Assembly (NCBI GenBank): GCA_944377485.1 | Contig: CALWFB010000005.1 | Span: 12,236 to 76,235, forward strand | Source: an uncultured Clostridia bacterium | Lineage (GTDB): Bacteria > Bacillota > Clostridia > Christensenellales > UBA1242 | Length of the DNA: 64,000 nucleotides | Direction: 5' to 3' | Program-made: the position numbers and the translations under genes | The notes under the pieces: generated by a model | Seen by the model: only the letters and a program-made list of their open reading frames with translations | What the model was told of the DNA's origin: nothing | The model's database searches: none | Shown here: piece after piece, positions 50,540 to 60,600 of the stretch | How the letters are laid out: each line of letters begins with the position of its first letter | Position numbering within the stretch: the stretch's first letter is position 1

Positions 50540-51255
50540 TACACGTCCAAAATCTTTTTCATATCTATAATATCAGCAGAAGAAATAATTCCGATTGGTC
50601 TACTTGTATCTTTTCCGCTTTTTGTAATTAAAATAATCAATAATTTTCGATTATTTTCAAAATAGTTCATTGCAGCATCAATTGTTAAATCTTCATCAGC
50701 CAGCATGAAATAATAATCATCACCCATGTCCTGTATAATTGTACCCACGTTTGAATTCTCAACAAAATCTTGCAAATTTATCCCTTCGGCTAATTTGTTT
50801 CCCAAAATATTAATCAATTTCCTACCATTCAAAATACCAATCAATTTTTCGCCCTCATAGGTTGGAAGGTTAGCATATCCTGTTCTAGCCATAAGTTCCA
50901 TTGCCTTACCTATGCTCATATCTTGGTTTATTGTAATGACTTCTCTATTTCCTACTCTATCAATCGCCAATGGTGGTTCACTAATCAATTCCGCCAATTT
51001 TTCAATTTTTACTACAACATCATCATGAGGTTCTGCTATTACATATTTTCTGTTCCCATTATGAATTATTGCATTTCTAAGCCTTCCATAATCTATTAAA
51101 TCTTCTTCATATTTTCTGACAACAGCATTTAAAACGACACTTCTTCTCACTACATCGCTAAATGACATACTTCTTTTGAAGTCATAAATCGTTCTTAGAC
51201 TATAATCAATCTGATTATATGCAGCAATGAATCTATCCGCATTTGTTTTCTTCAT
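50536..51255 (-). CDS. CBS-pair protein with N-terminal helical domain carrying an Rx4H (HEPN-like) motif
   Basis: C-terminal tandem CBS motifs (MSIGKAMELM...LIGILNGRKLI and TIDAAMNYF...PIGIISSADII). The N-terminal 95 aa contain YGRLRNAIIHN. The start is taken at Met13 of the track ORF. Confidence 0.7.
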   Translation of the reverse strand: MKKTNADRFIAAYNQIDYSLRTIYDFKRSMSFSDVVRRSVVLNAVVRKYEEDLIDYGRLRNAIIHNGNRKYVIAEPHDDVVVKIEKLAELISEPPLAIDRVGNREVITINQDMSIGKAMELMARTGYANLPTYEGEKLIGILNGRKLINILGNKLAEGINLQDFVENSNVGTIIQDMGDDYYFMLADEDLTIDAAMNYFENNRKLLIILITKSGKDTSRPIGIISSADIIDMKKILDVY

Positions 51256-51342
51256 AATTACTCCTAGGATTATTATAACAAATTTTTGCATTTTTTTACA
51301 AATAAAAAAGGAGCATTTTGCCCCTTTTATTATATTTAACTA

Positions 51343-51987
51343 CTATACTTTTTTACTTTCTTCTTGGAAACGCTTAAATTCACTAATAAAATCTGAATAT
51401 TTTATAATAATTGACGAATGTATGCACGAATAGACATAATCATCCTTTGTAGGATAATTAATCACATTGTTTGGCAATCTATTTTCATTATTTAAATTTT
51501 GTATTCTCGCATCTCTTCTATTTCTCTTATGTATGTTTTCCCAAAAGAATGGAGCTATGTCTCTTATAACTTCTCGAATATCCGCCTCTGAATTTGTTTT
51601 GTTTTTACCTCTAAAATATATTTTATATTCTTCACTTATAGTATTTCTTAGAGTTGACACAATCTCTCTTTGAGTTATGAAATGTACAATTTTAAAAGCA
51701 TCTTTATCTATTTTATAATTTTTATTATCAATTAGAATTTTACCTTCAACGTCCTCTTCTATATAATCTTCAATATTTGTTGTTGGATTTTCTATATCTA
51801 TTATTAACGAATTTTTATCATGTTTTTTATAATTTATATTTTTATAATCATTAACTGCTTCATCATAATGTTCTGTCAACTGAGCCATTATTGAATCTAC
51901 GATATTATTGAATTTTCTATCTAATTTATCTAAAATATAATCTTTGAATTGACCTAAATCTTTTATATTTTCTCTCATAATATCCAC
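51343..51987 (-). CDS. hypothetical protein
   Basis: 214-aa charged ORF with no motif recognised. Confidence 0.5.
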   Translation of the reverse strand: MDIMRENIKDLGQFKDYILDKLDRKFNNIVDSIMAQLTEHYDEAVNDYKNINYKKHDKNSLIIDIENPTTNIEDYIEEDVEGKILIDNKNYKIDKDAFKIVHFITQREIVSTLRNTISEEYKIYFRGKNKTNSEADIREVIRDIAPFFWENIHKRNRRDARIQNLNNENRLPNNVINYPTKDDYVYSCIHSSIIIKYSDFISEFKRFQEESKKV

Positions 51988-52068
51988 CTTTTCTATTTAT
52001 AGTCTAACATAGGTATTAAAAGTTGTCAATACCCATAATTTAATTTAAAACTATTTTTAACAAAACAC

Positions 52069-52097
52069 TTGTAAATCTCTTTGAAATAGTGTATAAT
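52069..52097 (+). promoter_or_regulatory. promoter of the SRP RNA gene
   Basis: TTGTAA, a 17-nt spacer, TATAAT, with the predicted start near 52104. Confidence 0.65.
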
Positions 52098-52103
52098 TAT
52101 TTT

Positions 52104-52376
52104 AGTTGTACTAGGCGGGGAGCTAGTGGTGCCCTGTTGCCCACAATCCACTACAGTGGGGCTGAATGTGCATTAGCGGGATAGATTTGGTTGTGTTGAG
52201 TAGTCTTAGAGTATGTTGAAATCAGGGTCTTATACAATATTGCCCTACGAATCATGTCAGGGTCGGAAGACAGCAGCATTAAGAAGGATACAGTATGTGC
52301 TGTAAGGTTGCTTTGATGGAGTGCTTTAAGGGTATGCCAGCAGTCAATCTATTTCAATATGCATGTACAACTACCA
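52104..52376 (+). ncRNA. ffs: signal recognition particle RNA, long Bacillus type with Alu domain
   Basis: 5' ctaggcggggagctagtggtgccctgt resembles the B. subtilis scRNA Alu region. The conserved domain IV motif gtcagggtcggaagacagcagc is at 52256-52277. The 5' agttgtac pairs with the 3' gtacaact (52365-72). Confidence 0.88.
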
Positions 52377-52382
52377 TCAAAA

Positions 52383-52411
52383 ATTCACCTAAATTTAGGT
52401 GAATTTTTTTA
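52383..52411 (+). terminator. rho-independent terminator after the SRP RNA
   Basis: attcaccta-aat-ttaggtgaat followed by ttttttt. Confidence 0.8.
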
Positions 52412-52435
52412 TTGTTATATTTCTATATTTTATAC

Positions 52436-53758
52436 TTATAAATCATTTTCAACATACTCTTTTTTAATCACAGTATATTTGGAAGCATATTTTTTGACTA
52501 ATGCACGAATAAAGAAAATTAATGATATAATTAATGGTACAGCCATAATCGCCGCAAAGAGCAAATTAGAATAAGCAAAATTGTCATTAAACACACTTAA
52601 CAAAAGTGAATACAGCGAACTACACACTCCATAACCAAAATATTCTGCCATGTTTTTATATACATATCCTTTATCCAAATCTTTTGCTGGCAGACACACT
52701 TGCAAGTAGTTCATTATGAATATGTGGTTGGCTGGTCGAATACTTGAAAATACATAGAACAAAATCAGCATGATAATAATAGATATTGCATTGACTGGTG
52801 CATATAGATAGATAAGTCCAGTCCCAATAATTGCTATTAAGACAACGGAACAAAATATAATTAAGCTTCGTACCCCAAATTTTAGTTCGTATTTAAATTG
52901 AAATTTACTAGCAAGTGAATTACTTAATCTATATCCTGCAAACAGGATACCAAACGACCATAAAGGAATAACTGCATTATTAGTTAATTCTTGTAAATAA
53001 ACTTTTAAAACACTCGAATCAATTGATACAGTTCCTCTAAAAATTATACAATACGCCAACATCGCAATCATAAAACCTGACAAAAATGCTTTTTTAGTAG
53101 AACTTTTTCTTGATTTAGATTTTTTCGTGCTGGTTTCCACTTTGTTTTGTTTAATTTCAATATTGCTTGTTTGGAATTTGTTTGGTTCTTTCAATAATAA
53201 AGACAACAATTCCACCAACACCAGCACTGCAATCGCTGCTATAAAACAGATATAAGGATTATATTGATAAATATATGTTGCAAAAATTGAACAAATTGCA
53301 TCTATGAAATAATAAATCCCTAAACCGCTACCATAGATTCTATTATACTCTTTATCTCGTTTCACCATTCTTAGAGTATCTGATAGTAAAATAGAAGTTT
53401 TCACATTGCTAATAATCATAAATATAGAAAAACATGCTTCTGCAATTACAAACACATAAAATTCTGTACCAAACATCACTAGCAACAAAAATATAATAAC
53501 AAATAGATTGGCAATTTGACTTGCCAACAATGGTTTCATTTTTTGAATAAGTTTTGAAACTGGAATGCTTAAAATAAATGCCCAAATATATAATAATGAA
53601 TCTAGCAAAATTGCTTGCGAATAACTTAAACCCTTAACATTTGTATAAAACAAAATTATTATAGTCCAAACAAAAATCACATCCCATGTGAATGCTAAAT
53701 AAAAAGGGAACAATTTTATATTTCTGTTCATATAATAATTTTTTCTATCTTCGTTCAT
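52436..53758 (-). CDS. multi-pass membrane transporter (MFS-like)
   Basis: 440 aa with about 12 hydrophobic helices and a central Lys/Ser-rich loop, consistent with MFS topology. No signature motif verified. Confidence 0.6.
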   Translation of the reverse strand: MNEDRKNYYMNRNIKLFPFYLAFTWDVIFVWTIIILFYTNVKGLSYSQAILLDSLLYIWAFILSIPVSKLIQKMKPLLASQIANLFVIIFLLLVMFGTEFYVFVIAEACFSIFMIISNVKTSILLSDTLRMVKRDKEYNRIYGSGLGIYYFIDAICSIFATYIYQYNPYICFIAAIAVLVLVELLSLLLKEPNKFQTSNIEIKQNKVETSTKKSKSRKSSTKKAFLSGFMIAMLAYCIIFRGTVSIDSSVLKVYLQELTNNAVIPLWSFGILFAGYRLSNSLASKFQFKYELKFGVRSLIIFCSVVLIAIIGTGLIYLYAPVNAISIIIMLILFYVFSSIRPANHIFIMNYLQVCLPAKDLDKGYVYKNMAEYFGYGVCSSLYSLLLSVFNDNFAYSNLLFAAIMAVPLIISLIFFIRALVKKYASKYTVIKKEYVENDL

Positions 53759-53947
53759 ACACCTAAATGTTTATCAATATATTTTTTATTAAATCCGTCG
53801 AAATTATTAATTTTATTTTATCATAATTATTTTTTAAATGAAAACAATTTTAAATCTTTTTAATATTTAATTGATAAAAATGTATAATATTATATAATTT
53901 TTCAACAGAAATTTTGAAAAAATTAAATAAGCCACAAGATTTGTGAC

Positions 53948-56476
53948 TTATTTTGCATCATACAAAGTTTTACCCTCATTGACTTCAACAAGTAATGGTA
54001 CAGTCAGATTTATAACAGACTCCATCTCTTCTTTTAATATTTTCTTTACCTTACTGCTCTCATTCTCTACACAATCTATGACTAATTCATCGTGTATTTG
54101 TAATATCAATTTACTCTTTAATTTTTCGCTTTTTAATCTATTGAATACCCTTATCATTGCAATCTTTATTATATCACTAGCACTGCCTTGAAGTGGCATA
54201 TTTTTTGCCACACGTTCAGCGAATGCTCGCATTACATGGTTGCTTGAATTGATATCTGGGATATGACGAACTCTTCCCATTATCGTAGAGACGTATCCCT
54301 TTTCTCTCGCTTTTTTTATACACTCATCTCCATAAGTTTTAACTTTTGGATATATCTCCATATATTTTTTTATGAATTGTGAAGCTTCTTTCTGACTGGT
54401 TTTTATGTTTTGACTAAGTCCAAATGCACTTATTCCATAAATTATTCCGAAATTAACCGATTTTGCCACTCTTCGCATACTAGAATTAACTTCCGAAATT
54501 GACACATTAAATATTTTACTTGCGGTGGCGGTATGAATGTCTTTTCCTGACAAATAGTCTGCAATCATGTTTTCATCACCACTAAAATTCGCCATTAATC
54601 TCAGTTCTATCTGATTATAATCCGCACTTATAATTGTGCCATTGGAGAATGAACTTGAAAACATCTTTCTAAGGGCCCTACCTTCATCATCTCTGATAGG
54701 AAGATTTTGCAAGTTTGGTTCTCTGCTAGACAATCTACCAGTAGAAGTAGAACGTTGCATAAAGGTGGTATGAATTTTACCATCAGATTGCACATAATTT
54801 AACATACCATCCAGATAAGTGCTAATAAGTTTACTTATCTTTCTATATCTGATAATATAATTGACAACTTCGTGTTTATCTGAAATTTCATTTAATACTT
54901 CAATGGATGTTCCTTTTTTGCCAGTATATTCAATTTTTAATTTGTCAAATAGCACAGACTGCAACTGTTTTGGACTATTTATATTGAAATTTTCGCCTGA
55001 TAATTCATAAATTTTTTCTGTAATTTCGTTTAATTCTTGATGATAACTATTGCTCAATGTTTTAATTTGATTTGTATCTACCATGAAACCAGTTTTTTCC
55101 ATATCAAACAAAACTTTTACTAATGGCAATTCTATATCACTATATAACTTTAATTGAACGTTATTAATCAACTTGCCTACGTAAATTTCTTTCAACATAA
55201 TCAATGAATATGTCTTTGTCTCTGTTGAAATATTGTTCAATTTCAAAGCATCATCTAATGATATTTCTCCGTCCATTTCGTTTGCAATATATATTGCTAG
55301 CGATACATCAAAATAATTATTTATTTGAATATCATAATAATCCAAATCATGCATAAGTGCTTTTGCATCAAAACAAATTTTTTGTTTATTTCCAGAAAAA
55401 ATCTCTTTAATTTTATCTAAATGTTTATTAAAAATTTCACTATTTTTATATAAAACATATTCGCATTCCTGAAACGAAAAAATAATAGTTAAATTATCTG
55501 CCGATACAGCAAATGAATCTGGTAAATTCTTTATCATATCATTTAATTCAACATTAGAATTTATTTCTAAAATTTTAGCGTTTTTGACAATTTCTTTTGT
55601 TTCTAAACTGGTATTATTGTGATTATCAAACCATTCTTTTTTGCCTATAATTGATTTAAAATCCAGGTCTCTCATCAATTCATATGTCTCTTGATTGAAT
55701 GGAATTGTATATTCAAAATCTTCAATCTTACAATCAATATCAACATCTAATTTAATAGTTGCTAACTTGTACGAAAGATAAGCCATCTCTTTATTTTCAA
55801 TCAATTTCTTTTGATTGCTACCAGTAATTTTGTCTATGTTCTGATATATATTATCAAGAGAACCATATTCTGAAATCAGTTTGGTCGCTCCAACTTTTCC
55901 AATTCCAGCAACTCCCGGTATATTATCAGAAGAATCTCCCATTATCGATTTCAAATCTATCACTTGTTCAGGATTGAGTCCAAATTCTTGTTTCAATACC
56001 TCCCTATCAACTTTCAGCACATTTGATATCCCTTTTTGCGTCAACCAGACGGTTGTATTGTCATTGATTAATTGTAATAAATCTCTATCTCCTGAAACCA
56101 AAATAAAATCAGCTTCGAATTTTCTTGATAGACTTCCAATTAAATCATCAGCTTCTATCTCTGATTGCTCTATTATTTTAATGCCCATAGCTGTTAAAAG
56201 TTCTTTTAAAATAGGAAGTTGTTCAGCCAAATCTTCTGGCATCTTGTCACGTTTTCCTTTATAATCTGCATACATGTTATGACGAAAAGTATGTTTTCCT
56301 GCATCAAATGCACATGCAAAATATTTTGGTTTTTCGCTTGATATCACATTTAAAATCATGTTTATGAACCCAAATACTGCATTACAAGGTTTACCTGATA
56401 AACTTCTTAGCATTGGTAATGCGTAAAATGCTCTATTTACTAAACTATTTCCGTCTATTATTACAAATTTTTCCAT
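53948..56476 (-). CDS. polA: DNA polymerase I
   Basis: 5' nuclease domain (FVIIDGNSLVNRAFYA, GDSSDNIPGVAGIG) and polymerase motifs A (ISADYNQIELR), B (RRVAKSVNFGIIYG) and C (LQIHDELV). The start is taken at Met7 (ATG at 56476). Confidence 0.95.
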   Translation of the reverse strand: MEKFVIIDGNSLVNRAFYALPMLRSLSGKPCNAVFGFINMILNVISSEKPKYFACAFDAGKHTFRHNMYADYKGKRDKMPEDLAEQLPILKELLTAMGIKIIEQSEIEADDLIGSLSRKFEADFILVSGDRDLLQLINDNTTVWLTQKGISNVLKVDREVLKQEFGLNPEQVIDLKSIMGDSSDNIPGVAGIGKVGATKLISEYGSLDNIYQNIDKITGSNQKKLIENKEMAYLSYKLATIKLDVDIDCKIEDFEYTIPFNQETYELMRDLDFKSIIGKKEWFDNHNNTSLETKEIVKNAKILEINSNVELNDMIKNLPDSFAVSADNLTIIFSFQECEYVLYKNSEIFNKHLDKIKEIFSGNKQKICFDAKALMHDLDYYDIQINNYFDVSLAIYIANEMDGEISLDDALKLNNISTETKTYSLIMLKEIYVGKLINNVQLKLYSDIELPLVKVLFDMEKTGFMVDTNQIKTLSNSYHQELNEITEKIYELSGENFNINSPKQLQSVLFDKLKIEYTGKKGTSIEVLNEISDKHEVVNYIIRYRKISKLISTYLDGMLNYVQSDGKIHTTFMQRSTSTGRLSSREPNLQNLPIRDDEGRALRKMFSSSFSNGTIISADYNQIELRLMANFSGDENMIADYLSGKDIHTATASKIFNVSISEVNSSMRRVAKSVNFGIIYGISAFGLSQNIKTSQKEASQFIKKYMEIYPKVKTYGDECIKKAREKGYVSTIMGRVRHIPDINSSNHVMRAFAERVAKNMPLQGSASDIIKIAMIRVFNRLKSEKLKSKLILQIHDELVIDCVENESSKVKKILKEEMESVINLTVPLLVEVNEGKTLYDAK

Positions 56477-56768
56477 ATTGTTATTATACCACAATTTGAA
56501 TTAAAAACAAAACATAAATTAAATATATTGTCACAATATAAAATATTGTTTTCAACTTAAAATGATATTGTAAAACATTTGTATTTTATAAATTATTTGT
56601 AAAAACTCCTTGCCAAAATTAAAAATTTATTGTATACTATAAAAGTACTTATACGAATTAATGCTCGATTATCTTTCTTCCTACTTCGAACTTTGTTCTT
56701 GTAGGGACCCGTCTTGTGCTTTGATTTTATAAGCATGTTGACGAAATTGTTTATCTTAATCAAATTAT

Positions 56769-56793
56769 GCCGGTGTGGCGAAATGGCAGACGC
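56769..56793 (+). pseudogene. orphan 5' fragment (acceptor 5' strand plus D-arm, 25 nt) of tRNA-Leu
   Basis: Identical to 56955-56979. Identity stops exactly at the D-stem / anticodon-stem junction. Confidence 0.85.
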
Positions 56794-56954
56794 TCGTCCC
56801 AATCTGCACCTTTGTTAGATTGTTCGCTACGCTCGCAATTCTAATTTAGTTTGATTGCTCCTCTTCCTACTTCGAACTTCGTTCTCGTAGGGACCCGTCT
56901 TGTGCTTTGATTTTATAAGCATGTTGACGAAATTATTTATCTTAATCAAATTAT
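56794..56954. other. 161-nt element between the tRNA-Leu fragment and the intact tRNA-Leu; homologous to 32768-32930
   Basis: It has the same block order and nearly the same block offsets as the 5S-locus element. Details are given in the findings. Confidence 0.6.
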
Positions 56955-57040
56955 GCCGGTGTGGCGAAATGGCAGACGCACAAGACTCAAAATCTTGCGA
57001 GGGCAACCTCATGTCGGTTCGACCCCGACCACCGGCACCA
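56955..57040 (+). tRNA. tRNA-Leu (anticodon CAA), class II with long variable arm, CCA encoded
   Basis: Acceptor GCCGGTG/CACCGGC; D-arm GCG-AAATGGCAGA-CGC; anticodon arm CAAGA-CTCAAAA-TCTTG; variable arm; T-arm GTCGG-TTCGACC-CCGAC; then ACCA. Confidence 0.92.
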
Positions 57041-57212
57041 TTAAAAAATACCTATTTTATAGCACTTTTATTAACTTTTAACATTTTAAAACATAGTTGA
57101 TATTTTATTAATTGTTTATTTTGACCCCATTCTTCATACAAAAAACTAGCACATGGCTAGTTTTTTATTATTTATAAGTTAAATTTCTAATTCTGAATAT
57201 TTTATTTGAATA

Positions 57213-57680
57213 TTATAAATATGGAAAAACTATTTTAAATACTAACACTGCAAATATATAACTTAATAACATGCCTATTGCCAAAAACAATACTGAAACT
57301 ATAATTTTGAAATATATTTTATCAAATTGTCTAATTAATAACAAATTAATCGCACCTAAAAATCCTCCAATCACTCCTCCTACTAAGCCGAACATTATAC
57401 ATGGAATAAATACAATGATTGACAAAACAATTTCATACCATGTCAGTCTTCTTTCTAATTCAATTTCATTTCCAAACATGGTAATTGTTGTTCCCGAAAA
57501 CAAATTTCCTTTGATTTTAAATTGTTCACTAATTTCCCCATTTTTATATTCATATAGATTGCGATTGATTTTTGTGAGAATAATGCCGTCATACTTTATG
57601 GTTCGCCTGCCTGTCCAAATGTTTTCATCATAAACCAATACTTTATTCTGAGTCTTTTCATTATTAATTATTTTTCTCAT
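57213..57680 (-). CDS. hypothetical membrane protein
   Basis: 155 aa: a soluble N-terminal half followed by three hydrophobic helices. Its start overlaps the upstream giant gene by 17 nt. Confidence 0.55.
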   Translation of the reverse strand: MRKIINNEKTQNKVLVYDENIWTGRRTIKYDGIILTKINRNLYEYKNGEISEQFKIKGNLFSGTTITMFGNEIELERRLTWYEIVLSIIVFIPCIMFGLVGGVIGGFLGAINLLLIRQFDKIYFKIIVSVLFLAIGMLLSYIFAVLVFKIVFPYL

Positions 57681-60600
57681 TTTGTTCTCCTATAAGAGTT
57701 GGACTTTTATCTGTATACAAATTCCAAATAGCATTATCCCAATTTGACATGCAATATTCATAAATTGTATTTGCACTAGCAGAAATTCCATTGGTTTGCA
57801 CATCATCTATACCGACAACGTCATTAGTTTCGGCATAATAGCAATTTTCAAAATTATCATAAATTTCATTCACAAATGTATAATAAGTGACCGATGCTTG
57901 CCTGTCTCTTATTTGATTGTAATTTACAGAACAAATTGCAAAACAATCTTGTACGGTTGAATTATATGCGAATGCCACTACATCCAATTGTTCTATTGTG
58001 TATTCGGCATTTATTGTAATTTCAGATTCAGAATAACAATTTTTCACATCGCTATTTGCAGAAAATCCTGCAATATAAGATTTTACCAAATCAGGTGCAT
58101 AATAATATTGGTCTGACAAATTTACATTCATGCTTGTCTTTGAATAACAATTCTCTATTGTGCCGCCACTGCCTGAAAAGCCTGACAATGACAATTCTAA
58201 ATCTTCCAAATATGAACTTGCACAAACTTCAACATACATAGTTAAATCTGCACTACATTTACTAATTTTTGTACTCACTGGATTACCAATAAATCCACCA
58301 ATACTGAAACTATAATAATATGAATGTCTAGCATTTAAGATACCTTGTATATGACAATTCTCTATTGTACTGTTGAGTGCATGTCCTATTAAAGCACCAA
58401 TATCTTCTCCTCGTGAAGTATTAAATTCTAAATTCACATTGACAAATGACACATTCTTTATTGTGGCACTATTGATATTTCCAAAAATACCTGAACTACC
58501 ATCTCTCAAACTATTTCTAGATTCTGTTGATAGATTTGAAATGATATGATTGTTTCCCTCAAAAGTTCCTGTGAATTCATATCCTGTATAATGATTGTTT
58601 AAACCTATACTTGAAGTTAGTAGGTGCCCCTGCATATCAATATCATTTTCCAATGAAATGTTTTTTGTCCAATATTCATTGTTTGTTGTCAATTCGCTAA
58701 ATGCTTGTGGAGTAGTAATAAGGACTGTTCCATCTTCATCTTCTAATATTTTGTATACAGCGGTTAGCTTAATATCTCCATGACTGCCTTTTACAATTGT
58801 ATAACTTGAATATTTACTATTAATATCATCTGTATACCAACCCACAAATTCACAACCTGGTTTCTCAGGATTAGTCACTTTAAATGATTCAGTTTCAAAA
58901 TTATATGTAGTTATATTAGGTGAAAAAACTGTACCTCCATTAAGAACATACGTAATTGTGTAATCAATAGGAGTATATTTTGCATATAGAGTGACTTCTC
59001 CAACATTTCCCTTAGGTATACTTGTCACTTTTTCGCCAGTAAAATCAGCATTGTCATACCAACCGTCAAAAGTATAATAGTTTTTAGTTGGTGTCACATC
59101 AATGTTATGTCTATCCAAAATTGTATAATATTTATCCTCCTCTGATAGAGTCAATTGACCGCCATCAAGTTGATAATTAATATTATATTTTGTAGCGCTG
59201 AATTTTGCATAAAGAGTTAAATTTCTACACATAGTTGGCAGAATTTTATCCACACGATTTGAATAATATTCTGAATCGTACCAACCTTCAAAAGTGAATC
59301 CATATTTAGTCGCCTCCAAAAGAGTGAAAGGTTCTGATAAAACACTATAAGTTTTAATATTAGCCGAATTGTTTACTCCACCATCTAAATAATAAACGAC
59401 AGTGAAATCAATAGGAGACCATATCGCATAAAAAGTAATTGTTCTCTCAGTGTCTGTTAAATTAAACACCTCTTGCCCATCGCTGAAAGTGCTACCATTA
59501 TATGACCAACCTAAAAATTCATAGCCTGCTTTTTCATATTCGTTAAGTAGTAAATTTGCTTTTTCATTATATTTGATTAACAAATTGTCCATTGTCGTAT
59601 TATTTGCTCCATTGCCATCAAAGACAACTGTGTAAATCAAAACGTCCCATTGTGCTTTTAAAACAATTTCATTTTTATCATCACTTGTTAAATTATTAAC
59701 AAATTCTTCATCTGTAAAAGTCTGACCGTTATAAATCCAGTTTTTGAACATATATCCAGATTTTTTAAACAAACATTTATTGAGATTTTGTCCCATGGAA
59801 TATGTGAATTCTTGCTTCTCCATACTGCCAAATCCACCGTTGGCATCAAAGGTAATAGTATAAGTGATAGGAGTTAGTTTTACATATAATGATATTGATT
59901 CTTCAATAGGTTGATTTACATCAAACGGCTCAATGAAACTTGAATCTAGATAATAGCCTCCAAAAATATATCCTGTTTTTATGTAATTTTCTAAACGTTT
60001 ACCTTTATAAATTTCTTCAATTTCTAATAATGATGAATTTTCATCATAGATATAAACATCTAAAAAGTTCTCAAAATATTCTTTAAGTGGTAAATTTATA
60101 TCTCTTTTTATGTCCTTAATTTTATTAATCGGAATTGCCATATTCATATAATCAACCATGCCGTCAGTTAGCATTAAGGTTGTAATTCCTATTACTTTAC
60201 CTTCTTCGTTTACTAGCACTCCACCACTGTTTCCATGTGTCATATCAACTGTCGTTTGTATATAATTGTTGCCTTCATAAGTATAAGAGGTTTTTGAAAT
60301 AATTCCTTGTGTAAATGTACTATTGGCACTCCCCAATTCAAATGATTCTGGATAGCCAATCGCATAGACAGTGTCTCCAACAGAAATTTTATTGCTATCG
60401 CCTAATCTAACTGATTGTGAATGTTTGATATCTATTTGTATTATTGCCACATCTAAATTTTCATCACAACCAACAATACTTTTTATCTTATAAGTTTTAC
60501 CATTGTTCAGTTGAACTTCTCCACTGGTTGAATTTTTGATTACATGATAATTTGTCACCGCCAAGCCAGAATCATTTATAAAGAACCCAGACCCTGCCAG

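Larger units (their letters stand above)
56677..56979 (+). repeat. direct duplication of 117 nt (56677-56793 and 56863-56979, 3 mismatches) separated by 69 nt
   Basis: Both copies run from cttcctacttcgaac...gtagggaccc...ttgacgaaatt...caaattat into gccggtgtggcgaaatggcagacgc, the first 25 nt of tRNA-Leu. Confidence 0.9.

Noticed and set aside
56593-57012. Two minus-strand ORFs (69 and 61 aa) sharing the peptide ASAISPHRHNLIKINNFVNMLIKSKHKTGPY.
   Set aside because: The shared peptide merely reflects the 117-nt DNA duplication. One ORF runs antisense through tRNA-Leu, so they are not treated as genes.
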